Source: Camelus dromedarius (lineage: Eukaryota). Taken from it: a stretch of 64,000 bases of DNA. The position numbers were made by a program, and so were the translations under genes. The notes beneath the pieces were generated by a model. That model saw only the letters and a list, made by a program, of their open reading frames with translations. It was not told the origin of the DNA and searched no databases. The stretch spans positions 52,888,001-52,952,000 of the forward strand of contig NC_087447.1 in NCBI RefSeq assembly GCF_036321535.1, given 5' to 3'. This document shows positions 22,949-35,837 of this stretch, in pieces (within the stretch, counting starts at the first letter, position 1; each line of letters opens with the position of its first letter).

Positions 22949-24265
22949 AGATTGCTGTTCCCATATTATGAAGGGAAACTGGAGCCCAGAGAAAAGTTGA
23001 TCGGATGTCCCCTGAGCAAGTGCCCCTGATTTGAGAAGCACGGTTACCCTGACTCTTTGGGAACGCCTTGGGTCACTTAGGAACTAACTGCCATCTCCAT
23101 ACCTACTCCAAGTCATTTGAATGACGCTCACTCCCTTTGCTCTGTGCAGTCTGGTGAAATGACTGTAAACAATTCCGTTGCATCATATTTCTCCAAAGTC
23201 CCTCAGCCAAGAATGTAAGATGTGACTATCCAGGTAGAGCTAGGTCTTTGACCTGAAATCAACCTATGAGGAATCTCTGATTTCATTCTGTCATCCTTTA
23301 GTTTTTTAATTTTTTTTAATCCTGATAGTTGTACCTTACGTGCCTTTGGCCATGAGAGTACCAACTGTGCCATCCAGGGCTGCGTGTCTGTGCCAGCGCA
23401 CCTCCAGTACTGATGGGGAAGAGCAGGTTGGTTCTTACCCTCAAGGAGGTCCCGGACAGCTGGAGGGGAGAACGCATTAAGCCAGGATTCCAGAAGAGTC
23501 ACGTAGAATTCCCCAGGACATACATTTGCTGTGCTGTTCTGGCTGGAGGTGTCAGGAAGTGGGTTTGGAGCTGGTCCTCGGAGGACCTGTAGTAGTCCAC
23601 GAGGAGGAGAAAGTGGGGAAAGGTGGTTTTGGTGGAAGGATGTGTGGGCAAAGGCACCCACCATAAAGGTCAAGGTGAGGAATCAGCTCTCTTTGGGGGA
23701 AATGGTAGAGTCAAGTCTGCATTACATCTTGAATCTGCAAAGCAACGGGTGGGTACATATTTCAAGCCTGTCTCCTAGCCTGGAGGAAACAGTGCCCATT
23801 GGTCCTGGCCCTTCCCTTTCCTGGGAACTTATTTCTACACCTGTCATCTTAGCGCTACCAAATATTTAAAGTATGAATAATGGGGACCCACGGTTAGGAA
23901 ATCAAAGTCTGATATTTCTCTTCATTGAGATTAATGATTGTAATTTTCCCTGTGGCAGGGCGGGGGGAATGGGGAGAGTTGTGTAAGAAGAATGGTCTAC
24001 TCCTTGAAGTGTGTAAGCCTCGCACAAAGCTTGTCTTGACAATGACAACTTCGCACGGAGTTACATGGAGGAACTTAAGGCAGCAGAAGTTCCCTGGGAA
24101 ATGGCTGGCCTCATGGGCAGCCCAAGCCCGCCAACTTTCTTTCCAGGATCCCAGCTGACCTGTGCCCACACTCATATGGCTTCCTCAGGCTTGATTCTGC
24201 AGCTGCTCCCGTGCTCTGCGCGATGTCCTGTGCACTCAACACACAACTGTCGAGCTCAGCATTGA

Positions 24266-24556
24266 AACAACAGCCTCACAGACAGAAAACAAACTTATAG
24301 TTACCAGCGGGGTAAGAGGGTGGGAAGGGATAAATTGGGTGTTCGAGATTTGCAGACACCAACTACTATACATAAAATAGATAAATAACTAGGAACTATA
24401 TTCAGTGTCTTGTAGTGGCCTATAACGAAAAAGAATATGAAAAGAAATATTATGTATATATGTGTGTGTGACTGAAACATGCTGTACACCAGAAATTAAC
24501 ACAACACTGTAAACTGACTATACTTCAATAAAAATTATTTAAAATTTAAAAAAAAT
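24266..24556 (+). mobile_element. Short L1 3' UTR fragment (camelid/cetartiodactyl type)
   Basis: GGGTGGGAAGGGATAAATTGGG...GCTGTACACCAGAAATTAACACAACACTGTAAACTGACTATACTTCAATAAAA. Confidence 0.9.
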
Positions 24557-25019
24557 CCCCAAGATCTGACAATATAGCCCAGCAGTTAGCAGCAAGGACT
24601 TTGGCACCAGGTAGACCCAAGCACAAAGGATGGTCAGGTGCTTGCTAGCTGTGTGAGGCGGGTTGTTTCTCTAGGGAGCCTCTGTGACCCTCATCTGTTG
24701 CATGAGGGTGTTGTGAGGATAGTCTGGAGCATACTAGAAGCTCAGTAAACGCAGGATCATTTACTCCTTTTCTCTAGGTATCTTTGCCCTACCCCAGATT
24801 CCCCTCTGAGACTCCCAAGGACAACTGGGGGAGTTGCCAACTGTAAGTGTTCTGTTCAGAAAAAGCACTGAGGATACAGGGACCAGGTGTTAAGAAATCT
24901 GAAGATGAGACATTGAGGGGCATTTAGCATTTCTCCAACTCTGAGTGTGCTCCTTCCCCTAAAGATAGGGGATGCCTCCTTTCAGGGCTTGGGGTGGACA
25001 GAACAATGACCTTCCAACA

Positions 25020-25260
25020 AGAGAACATGGATAAGAACATCACCTCGGGTACAAAGCTATGTGTTCAAATTCCACCCTTGTGACCCTCTAGCTTAGTATT
25101 CTTGACACAACATTTGACCTCTCTGAGCCTCAGTTTTCTCTTCTGTAAGATGGGGGTAATAATAACACTTGCCTTAGGCGCTGTAGCTCAGTAACATATG
25201 TCAAGTTCTTGGGTTCTTGGAGCAGTGTCTGGTGCATGGGAAATATTATGTAATTGTTAT
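25020..25260 (+). mobile_element. MIR SINE
   Basis: ACCTCTCTGAGCCTCAGTTTTCTCTTCTGTAAGATGGGGGTAATAATAAC. Confidence 0.8.
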
Positions 25261-27039
25261 CAGTTTTTCCTCTTACTTTTACCCAAGGATTTTTTTTTAA
25301 TTAAAAAGAAGTTTGATTGCAGCAATACTTCAACATTCTTCCTTCTTGGGAGAAGCAACCATCTCTGTCTTTCCATCTTCTTGCTCTTAACTTTGTGTAG
25401 GTGACTTGAGATGCTAGGGCAATGAAGAGAAGGCCACTTCGTGCACGTGAATATTGATCATTTGCGCTTGAGACGGTTGCTTTAGGGATGCAAGCACTTT
25501 CTGCTGCATCCCTCCTTTCCTTTGATGGTGTGTGGGCCCTGCCACATCGTGAGAAGTGGGAAAGGAAGATGAGCGGGGCGTCTGCCTTTGACAAAAGAGG
25601 AAACCAAGGCAGCCCTTAACCCTTCTGAACCTCTGCTTTCACATCTGGAAACTAAGCAGTTTCAACTGCGTGGTCTCCAAGGGCCCTGCAAGCTCAAAGT
25701 TTCTGATACTAAGACAGCAGGAATTTAACTCATCTGTGAGCAAAAAGGAGACTGAGGTGCGAGATCTGCTCTACAGAAGAATGCATTTCTAAAAGCAACA
25801 GTATATTCATGGGTTGGTTTTTTTTTTTTTTTTGAATCTGTATTATCCTGTTTCAGCAAAAAACAACAACAAAAAAAAAAAAAAGAAGAAAAAAAATTGC
25901 AATGTAAGTCAGAGCATGATGGTTCTTCCTGACAGTTAAAGTCCTAAAATGCATTGTTCCAGATTTGAGCATAAACGCCATTGCTAAATAATCTTTGGCC
26001 ATTCAGAAGGGGGGTGATGTCTTCCATAGAAATCACAACAGTCCCATTAATTACAGGGCATCTCATTATTTTAATTAATTTTTTCTCATTGTCTTTTGCC
26101 CAGGGTGCAGTTGGAAGTGCACATCATTAATTCCGAGGAGCAGTCTTCTCTCATTCCTGGTAGGAGGAGTCGGGGGACCTCTCCAACTGATGATTAATAG
26201 CAGTTTTGAATAATTTTAGATTCCATTTTGCTAATAGAAAGTAAATTGTCCTTGGCAATGACTCCTGTATTGCTTAAAAAAATCAGTCCTTGTAAAGTGA
26301 CACACAGGTCGTATCATTAGTGGCGGCTGTTCCCTAACACCCAGCAATCGTAGGTTAAGTCCGTTTAAAGTCTCCTTCCCAGAAAACCATCCCAGCAAGG
26401 CATCTGAAACAGTAGATACAACATGGTAGGGGACCTCATGTTGCTTTCTGATGTGATAATCCAGTTATTTCTCACATAATGGAACTATGATGCTGGGGGA
26501 AGTGCACTTGAACTCCAATTCAGGTTTTATGAATGACTTGCTGTGAGATTTTTCACCAAGCACTTAACCTCTCTGATCTTTAGTGGTTTCAACTGAAAAA
26601 CAAGAACAAGATTCACCCTTTTTCCCTCCAGGGCTGTTTTGAATATCACGAGATAACGATGTGCCAGTACTATTTAAATTCTGAACTTTTACAGACAGGC
26701 AATTAAGGGAGAGTGATGAGCAGTCAACTTAATACAGCTTAAAAATGGGCGCCCAGTAGGAACTCTATGAAATAATACAAATTTAATCTGGCTTGGAGAA
26801 GTTTGCTTAAAACTGAAGGTGATTGGCAGAGTGAAGACTCTTGATTATGTGCTGATCAATCCATCAATCAAACATTAGTTATAAAGCACCTACTGTGTGT
26901 GCCTTTTCTAATTCTGCTAGGTTCTGTCTGGGAATGCACAGTAGGAACAAAACTGGCCCCACCTTCTTCCTAGGGATTTTTTGAGTGTCACGTGACCTCA
27001 TGTAAAACATACTTATCTCCCTTCCTCTCTCCCTCTAAC

Positions 27040-27820
27040 AGAGGTTTTCTGAGCACCTACCATGTGACAAGTGGTATTTAGGTGCTGGAGACAGAATGGT
27101 GCACAAGACAGAAAAAGTCCCTGCTCTTGGCGAGTTTAAATTCCAGTGGATGATGAACAGATAAATATTTAATATATGAGATACACGCTTAGGAAGAAAA
27201 TAAAGTGGGAGCAAGGGATGGAGAGGGTCCGGAGGGCTATTTTAGGTAGGGTGCCGAGAGCAGAGACCCGGATGAATGGAAGGAATGAGTCATCTGAGTA
27301 TCTGAAGACTGTCCCATGCAGAGCAACAGCAGTGCTGGGCCTCTGGAGGGTGGACAGCAGGGAATGTCCTTTCTGATTAGGTTGCAGAAGGCTCACTCTG
27401 GCTGTGAGACAGGGAATGGGGCAGACAAGCGAGGGGACTCCCGGCCTGGGGTGGGAGGAGATGATGGCGGCCCCATGGAGGCTGGCAGTGATGGAAAAGG
27501 GGAGAGAGTGGGCAGATTCAGGGTATACTTGGAAAGGAGAGCCAACAGGGCTTGCTGGTGGGGGCTGTGGGGCATGAGAGAGAGAGAGGGACCCTGGAAA
27601 TCTCTGATGTTTTTGGCCTGAGCCCCTGGACTGAGAGAGTTTCCATCTGGGTACACATGGAAGACCATGGGAGCAGCAGGTCTGTGGTCAGGGAGTAGGA
27701 ATCACAAGTGCACTTTGAGATATCAATTTAAAGCTGCTTTTTGGATATTGGAATGGAGATGTCATATATACCACTGGATATGTGAGTTAGGAGAAAAACT
27801 CAGACTAAAGGTACCAGATT
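27040..27820 (-). mobile_element. L2 LINE fragment
   Basis: CTGAGCACCTACCATGTGACAAG...AAGACAGAAAAAGTCCCTGCTCT...GGGAGGAGATGATGGCGG...TTTTGGCCTGAGC. Confidence 0.85.
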
Positions 27821-28799
27821 CATCCAAGCATTCCCTGAACACTTGCAGTGCGTCCTCTGGGAAGAGGTTTGTCTAATCACAGTTTTATCCTTTAATGCTT
27901 GCTTAGTATAGAGCAATGCCTTGCCCGGGCAGGTGCCCAATGCATGTTTCCCTTGACCTGCCAACCTTGGTGTTGAGGATGCACAGACCACGGTAGGGAG
28001 GTCCATGTGAATTTCCCCTTGGGGTCCACTGCCCTTCTGCTGCTGCTCAGAGCCTTTAGGAGTCTTGAGAGGACCAGGGCTCTTTGACAGTCTTGACTGT
28101 ACATGCATCAGGAGGAAATACTGATTATCCTGTTTGTTCTGGTTTCTAATCGTAACCTCCAGACTCAACTTGAGTACAGAGTCACAGATTGCACACCAGA
28201 GCCCCCATCAGTCTCCCCCTGGTTTCCGGGTGTCTTGCTGGGAGTGCAATGTGTTTTGCCTGAAGCTGTGACCACGTGTTGAGAACTCACATTTGGGGAA
28301 ATTAAGAAGTCGTGGCAGACAACTGCTGCCGGTTCATTGACTGGAAGCTGTCACTGGTCCTTCCTCCAGACTGAGAGAAACCAGGCTGCTTCAGGGCATG
28401 GAAGAATATCAGTGCCCTGAGCACCTACCTGGATGGGAGAGAAGTCCATGTTGGTCATATCGAGGTGGGGGTCACATGCAGCCAGGGCGGGGCAGGTGAC
28501 TTCTGTTCTAGTCCTGCCACAAGTTCTGCTGTGCTGTGTGACCGCAGGGAAGTCATGTTTCCTATCTGTTTCCTTATGTGTTCACGAAGATCTTGACTTA
28601 CAGGATGTCTAAGGGCACTTTCAGCTCTAAAATATAATGACTCTGAGTAGGACAGTGGGAGGCGACTTTGCCACTGTGCTTTCCTCTGCTGGTTCTCCTC
28701 CGTCCCATCTCCACTGTGTTGGGTTCCCCAGGTGGATGCTTCTGCCTTCTCTTCTCTCTCTGCACACTCATGATGGGTGTGCACACCCTGGACCAAGGC

Positions 28800-30030
28800 A
28801 CCAGCTGCCTCCCATGTGACGATAATGCTGCTGCCTCTAGCTCCAGAGCCCGCATCACGCTGGGTAACTTTATCCAGCTGTCCATAGACCTCGGAATATC
28901 CAGGTGCTCAAAACTAACCTCATCACCTTCCCTTCCTTTCTTTTCCTCTTGAGTTTGGTGCCCTCATTAATGACACTTTGTCTCCCAGTTCAGAAATTGG
29001 GGTCCATCCATGGTCTGTACCTCTTATGTGATCAGACACTGAGTCCTGTCAGTTCTATTCCACGGCCATCCCTCCCAGCTTCCCCATCCTCCTTGCCAGA
29101 GTCCCGGTGTAGCCTGACACCATCTGCCTCCCCTCTCAGCCTCCGGCCGCCTTTAATGAGGTTCTTCTATCACTAGACCTGACTTGTTAATTTCTTGCTG
29201 GCAGCCTCCAGTGACTTCTCACTGCCTGGCGGAAAAAAATCAGCACCGTGGGCAATTGATCAATGCTTGTTCAAAGGATCAGTGTTTGCTCAAAAAAGGC
29301 AAGTTTATTTTTTAAAATACCAGTAGTCACTGTTGATTGTGCTGCTGTAAAGCTTTATTTTCATCGTCTTATTTAGTCTTCCTAGCAACCCCGTGTGGAA
29401 GACATTACTACCTCTACTTTGTAGATGGGAATTGAGCCTTAAAGAGGTTAATTAATTTTCCTGAAGAACCCTGCTGGCAAGTGGTGGGGCTGGGAGGGAG
29501 CTCTCAGTGGGGTCAGACACTGGGGTCTGTCTGTCATCTCTGCCCTGCTCCAGCATGCAAGAGCCTTCACAATGGACCCAGCTAAGTCTTTGTAGCACCT
29601 TCTGCTTTCCTCTTCTCCTCCTAACACATGCCATGAGAGTGTCTACTACAACTCAAATCCACCAAGGACTTTCATATCAGAATGCCTTTGCTTTTGCTGT
29701 TTTCTCTGCCTGGGATGCTATTTCCATCCAGCAAATTCCTGCTTCTCTTGTGGGGTCCCATTCTAAGAGAATCTCTGTGAAAACTCTTCTCTGCGCCCCA
29801 GGCACAATCCATCAGACTGTCTGTTCTGTCAAAGCTCCATCCTTTGCGTTCTTCCATAGCATCCACCATGCTGAGACTAATCTCGCTATTAACACACCAG
29901 AAGATTCCGAGTTCTTTGATGGCAAGGACTGTATCTTTTTGTGCTTTGTAGCCCTTTGTATCAGTCCTCAATGCCTAGGCAAGTGCTTGATGCATAGCAA
30001 CGGCTCAGTAAATGGCTATTGAATTGAATG
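28800..30030 (+). mobile_element. L2 fragments interrupted by an antisense MIR (about 29320-29520)
   Basis: GCCTTTGCTTTTGCTGTTTTCTCTGCCTGGGATGC; GAGTTCTTTGATGGCAAGGACTGTATC; GGCTCAGTAAATGGCTATTGAATTGAATG. The MIR shows CTACTTTGTAGATGGGAATTGAG. Confidence 0.7.
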
Positions 30031-30628
30031 GAGCCCAACCTCAAACATCACGACCGCACTAGGCGGCATCACTGCTTATGGCAGCATTGAAGAAGAGTCA
30101 TGTAATTCAAGTTATCATCCTCCACAGCCTCACTGATCATTGACTGTGCATCCTGCCCCATGCTTCAGCTTGGAGGAAACCAGAGACAGAAAAGGCACAG
30201 TTACCGTACTGGCGAACATCAGTCCAACACTTACTGTGTTTCCAGCTGTGCTTTATGAGTCGTTTCTCATTTCATCTTCAGGTCAAGCCTGTGAGTCACA
30301 CATTGTTTTATTCCTATTTATAAGTAAGTAAGAGTGTCTTACTTGATTCAGAAGACAGCATTCACACGCTGAAACACAAATGATAACTGGCAGCAGTGGT
30401 ACAGGAGAAAGCACGGGACTAGAGATCAAGGGCCTGGGCCCCAGACTCGGTTATGCTACTCGCGCTGGACTCTGAGACCTCAGGTTCCCTCATCTGTAAG
30501 ACTAACAAAGGGTCAGACAGGGGTCATCGTCATGGCTCATAAAATCTCAAAAAGACTTGTTGCTTTCCATCACTACCATCTCCAATGTTCGCTGCAAATT
30601 TGGAACTTCCAAAGTAGTCTTGACCTTG

Positions 30629-31063
30629 TGTTTCGGGTTGAATATTGTCTCCCCACCAAAGTTCATGTCTACCCAGAAGCTGCGAATGGACCTTCTGTGG
30701 AAATGGGGTCTTTGCAGGTGCAATCTCATTAAAATGAGGTCATACAGGTCATACTGTCTTATAAGAAGAGGGAAATTAAGACACACAGAGACACAGAGAG
30801 GAGAGTACCATGTGAAGATGGAGGCAGAGACTGAACGGACACCCCCAGGGGCTAAGGAACACCAACAATTGCTGGTCACTACCAGAATCTAGGAGTGAGA
30901 CGTGGGACAGATTCTCCTCGTAGGGCCTCCAGAAAAGAACCAACTCTGCCAACACCTTGATTTCAGACTTCTGGCTTTCAGAAGTGTTAGCGAATACATT
31001 TCTGTTGGTTGAAGCCACACAGTGTATAGCACTTTGTTGTGGAAGTCCTAGGAACCTGAGGTA
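30629..31063 (+). mobile_element. MaLR solo LTR, MLT1C-like
   Basis: TGTTTCGGGTTGAAT start; GGAAATGGGGTCTTTGCAG; CCATGTGAAGATGGAGGCAGAGA; CTGCCAACACCTTGATTTCAGACTTCTGG. Probable TSD CCTTG/CTTTG. Confidence 0.9.
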
Positions 31064-32077
31064 CTTTGGATGAGAATAGTAATCATACTAGCAATTATCT
31101 AAAAAAGTAGAATGGATAGAACAGAATTTCTTTTGTGGACGTGCTACTGTATAACTTTAAAATACCTGCAGGTATTTTGACCAGTTTGTTCGAGGTGGTC
31201 TGTCCTAAAACACAAGGCAACATGCTTGACATGCACTTCATTTGGCTGCCTTTGAAGGCTCTTCAAAGAGACAGTCACCCTTTAGGGAAACTCCATGTAA
31301 CCACTGCATGGGAGAGGTATGTCATATATGTCGAGACACCCTGGACAGGGAAAGCAAATAGTGGTTTTAAAACATCAGGGCCAACAGAAGGGCAGACACT
31401 GGACCCACAGGCTCTGATTTGTAAAGGAGTCACTTCTTACAAGGGCAGCTCTAGGTACCTGCCCTCCAGGTGAGCAGTGGCCGGAAGTGACTTATTTCAG
31501 TGTGGTTAATGATTCTTCAGCCTAACCCTGGGGAGGCCATCTGGTACTACAGAACTGACAGCCTTGGATGACTTACTCTGTGCCATATAGTGTGTGAAAC
31601 ACAGGACATCAGCTTATTTGATGCAGAGAACCATAATCACCTACATCTTATAGAGGAGACCAGGCTATACAAAATCCAAGCAACCTTCCCCAAAGCACAG
31701 GATTTGAACCTGGGAGTTTGATTTTGGAGCCTGAGTTCTCAACCACAACATGGCACTTGATGAACCACTCCCATTTTTTTGACCAGAGAGCAATGCCAAA
31801 AGCTGGTCAATGGGGTTCTTGGTTAAAAGCTCAATGAACCACTCCTTCCATACATCCCACTGTCAAGGATAAATGAAGAGTTACTTCTATCAAGTTCAAA
31901 GCATTTTGTTCCAACAAGTTCAAGGTATGTTGTCTGCCTTTTCTTTAGCACACATTTCATCCTGGTTTTATATGTAGCCAAGATGCCAGGTGAGGTTGAA
32001 CATTCAAGTTAAGTTGGCTTGAACCCCAATCTTGGGCAGTGGGAACCTCAAATCCTCTCCATCTCTCTGATGATTTT

Positions 32078-32080
<3 letters not shown>

Positions 32081-32170
<90 letters not shown>

Positions 32171-32177
32171 AGAGAGG
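32081..32177. repeat. Compound (TG)23 + (GA)n microsatellite
   Basis: Direct reading. Confidence 0.97.
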
Positions 32178-33358
32178 TTTTCTTACTCCTTTCTGCCTCC
32201 AAAGTTCTGTTTCCGCTCAGCACAGTCAGTTAAGGGAGCCTCTCCCCATGCCTTTGGTCTGCCTTGGTTCCGTGTTACTGCAGGTGGGGAAGGGAACCTT
32301 TGAAGGGGCTCGCTGGGTCAGGTTGCTCTGCCCCCTTTCCCTTCAGACATTTCTGCTTTTCCAGGTTCCTCTCTAGTCATTCTTTCTACCCCTCCCCACC
32401 CCTACCCCTGGGCTCTGAAAGGCACACCTTGCCCTGTCCAAAGACTCAATAATAAGCTTGGCTAAACAATGGGCCATTTACTGCAGCCCTATCATTCAGC
32501 AGAAATAAAAAATTGGCAGGGCCTCTAGAATCTGGGTTCATGCCTCCCCTGCCTATCTCACTGAGGACAAGGGAGCAGTTTAGGAATGAGATAATCCCAA
32601 CACAAATTAAATTAGTTCTCGCCCCCTTAGAAAGCAAAAGTGGCCATTGTAAATTTCTGCTATAAATTGCAGTGATTTTTTTTTTTTCCTTCCTCTTAGT
32701 CACTGGTCTGACCCCTCTGCCAGACCACGTGCTTCCTTGGGCAAGGGACTGGGTGACATTATCCCCAAATCCCTCTGGGGACCCACCACAGTGCCTACCA
32801 GAGCAGGAGGGGCCACAGGGTGCTGGTGGAAGTGGATTGCTTCTCTAAGTGGTCATTTTCTGTGGAGGTCACCTTCAGAGAGTATAATTCTTGCCTTGGA
32901 CTTTTAAAGTATGGGAAATAGAACATTCAGACCTGGGAGGGTGTTAAATGGGGGAGTATTTTAGGGAAGGCCCCCAGGATCACTACTGCTGGTTCCTCTC
33001 ATCTCTGCCTTCGCAAGCCCTAGCATCGTGGCTCCTTTGTTGGAAGCACTGCTCCATCAGGGCACCTTATCTGGACCAGTGGGGACTCTTCTCTGTGTAA
33101 GAGAACTCATTCCTGCCACCCTAGGTGGGCCTGAGTCAGGCACAGTGGGGACAGGACAGGCAGTTCCCGTGCAGGAAGGTCTCCACGTTACATGCCCAAC
33201 TAATTAACACCGCTCAGTGGAGGGACATCCCTTTGATTAATCATAACATGCAGAGAATTCAGAGCCTGGAAAAGCTGCAGTCTCACTTGGACAGCATCTG
33301 CTGCGTATCAGGTGTCTGTATTGAGCCTTTATCTCCACCGGTTTAGGCAGTTACACAT

Positions 33359-33436
33359 AAATTCTTTGCCTCTGAGAAATCTACCAAGAAAATTTTAAAA
33401 TTCTTTGCCTCTGAAAAATCTACTAAGGAAATTTTA
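33359..33436. repeat. 39-bp tandem duplication (36/39 identical)
   Basis: AAATTCTTTGCCTCTGAGAAATCTACCAAGAAAATTTTA followed by AAATTCTTTGCCTCTGAAAAATCTACTAAGGAAATTTTA. Confidence 0.95.
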
Positions 33437-34061
33437 CATTAAATGGTCAGGGAGACAAAACTAACCACACTTAGAAGTTTGTCTTAGAAGGAATTCTTCT
33501 TAGAAGTTGGATGAAGTCTTAGGGGCTTCAAGGATAAGACTTTCTGGGTCCAGTCTCTAGCTCTCTGACGTCTGTGACACCCTCTTGGGGCTATACCTAG
33601 GACCAGACTGTGCACATAGTAGGTATTAACTGAAGGATTAAATGGAAGGATGGATGGGACAAGATCTTGAGATACTGATGGGTGGGACCTCTCTCCTCTC
33701 GCTGACACGGGGGTGCGCACACACACAGAAGCCGGCCAGGACGTTTCAGAAACACAGTGTCCTTTTTCCCTAGAGCAGACTTACGCCAGGTGGAGCTGGA
33801 CAGAATTTTCAATTGCTGATACTCTTTCACCGGTTGCCACGCGCCTTATTTCTAAGATACACAGATTTCAAAGCAGCTTTGTGCCGTAGTTTGATTAGTG
33901 AAGTCTTTTCTTGTGTTAAGGTACAGATAATAGTGGTGAGTCTTCGGTGGCATTTTAGATTTGATGAAATACAGCATGCGAAGTCACTGCTAAATTCGAT
34001 TTTTATCGAATATTTTGTTATTATCTAAGTAACACTTTGTCCTAATTTGATTGCTGTTTCT

Positions 34062-34287
34062 CTTTTTTTTTTCATTTTTTTAACATTTTTTATTGAGTTA
34101 TAATCATTTTACAATGTTGTGTCAAATTCCAGTGTAGAGCACAATTTTTCAGTTATATGTGAACATACATATATTCATTGTCACATTTTTTTTTTGCTGT
34201 GAGCTACCATAAGATGTTGTATATATTTCCCTGCGCTACACAGTATAATTTTGTTTATCTATTCTACATTTTGAAATCCCAGTCTGT
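34062..34287 (-). mobile_element. Young camelid-type L1 3' end
   Basis: Poly-T then TTATTGAGTTATAATCATTTTACAATGTTGTGTCAAATTCCAGTGTAGAGCAC, a near reverse complement of the L1 end at about 48140-48350. Confidence 0.92.
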
Positions 34288-34374
34288 TATTTTTCCTTCT
34301 TAGTTCTTTGTTGTCTCTGAGCCCTTTTACACCTGGGAAGAAGACAGAGGTGACAGCTGGGCTGTGATATCTCC

Positions 34375-34700
34375 TTTTTTTAACTGAAGCACAGTTGACT
34401 TACAACATTGTGCTAGTTCCTGGCGTACACTGCTAGTGCAGCCTTAGTGATTCAGTCACACATATACATATATACTCTTGCCCGCATTCCTTATCATCAC
34501 AGGCTATTACGAGGCATTGAATATTGTTCCCTGTGCTAAATAGTAGGATCTTGTTGTTTATCTACTTTGCATATCATAATTAGCATCTACAAATCCCAAA
34601 TTCTTAATTTATCCCTCTCCCTTCCTGTTCCCTCCTGGTAATCACACTTTTGCCTTCTATGTCTGTGAGTCTGTCCCAGTTTTGTAAATAAGTTCATTTC
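34375..34700 (-). mobile_element. Cetartiodactyl-type L1 3' end
   Basis: TTCCCTGTGCTAAATAGTAGGATCTTGTTGTTTATCTA...TCTATGTCTGTGAGTCTG...TTTTGTAAATAAGTTCATT; degenerate TSD starting GGGCTG on both sides. Confidence 0.88.
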
Positions 34701-35618
34701 GGGCTGCAGTGTCTTTTGCCATACATTAGTATTGGAGGACCCCTGCCCCAGACCAGGGTCCCTATACAGAGAAGCTGTGCCATCCCTCCTCATCCCTGCA
34801 CCTGTGGCAGACGTCTCTGATAGACCGCCGCCCTCTTTCCTGTGGCGCTCAGACAGGGCTCACCATACCATTCTTCTCACTGAAGTACCTGTGGCAGTCC
34901 CTGCCAATTATCTGGGGTTGATATTCAAGATAAAACCTACTTGACATCCCAAGTACTCTAGATCCTGTTTCTGGATCAAATCAAACCATTCAAGGCTTTG
35001 TTTTGTACCTTATCTGCATTTGGCAGCTATATCTTAGGCTTTTATTAAGAAATGATAGAAGATGTGCCTTATGAAACTGCTGTCTGCATTCCTGTGGGGA
35101 AGTTGTTAAAGTCACTTTTACTACATCATTTGGCGCACCTCATAAGGAACTTTTTAAAAAGGTAATACCTGCTGGGAAATACTTAAATACTTTCTATCTC
35201 TTGAGAAACAGCTCTGTTTCTTTCTCCAATGATTAAGACAACACGTAACTAACTGGGTCTCCCTTGTGGTTCTGGCTGCCAAGAAGCTCAGAGCAAGGTC
35301 TAAGGGATATTTACAGATTAGCTTAGCATTTGTATTTATTCTCTTTCTCCAGCCCCATTTTTGACTTTTAGCCTTTATGTATGTTACGGATTCCTCTCTT
35401 CTGCTTTATCACAAGCTACGCTTTCATTGTATAATATGTATTCTTATTTTAAGGCTTCCTGTGGGCTAAGGTGAACTAAAAAGAGTTAAATTGGGTGGTT
35501 CAGTTTATCAGAGCAACAGGAAGTGAGGCAAGAGTGAGAAAGAAATGGGCAAAGTTTTTCTGGAGAACAGGTGTGCTCGTAATGTGACAGGAACGCTGAT
35601 CTTTCAGATCTGGGTAAC

Positions 35619-35837
35619 TGTGGAAGGAAGCTTCTGAAATGGCTGTTAGTGATCATGGCCTCCTGGTCTTTACCACCTGTGGAATCTCCTCCCCTTTACT
35701 GCAGCCTGTGAGAGACGCCCAGCCAGACGACCCAGATAAGCCACAAAAATGGGAATATTAAACTCTGTAAACTTTTGTTGTTTCAAGTCAATAAATTTTG
35801 GGGTCATTTTGGGGGGCAGTAGTAGACAACTAAAACA
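35619..35837 (+). mobile_element. Internally deleted MLT1F-like LTR
   Basis: Start TGTGGAAGGAAGCTTCTGAAATGG...GCCTCCTGGT and end AAATTTTGGGGTCATTT...GTAGACAACTAAAACA, with the middle missing. Confidence 0.7.

Noticed and set aside
29240..29259. REST/RE1-like site TCAGCACCGTGGGCAATTGA
   Set aside because: Only the left half matches; the GGACAG half has two mismatches and the site borders decayed L2 sequence.
31957..32303. Poly-CV/ER/SL/HT ORFs
   Set aside because: Translations of the (TG)n(GA)n microsatellite.
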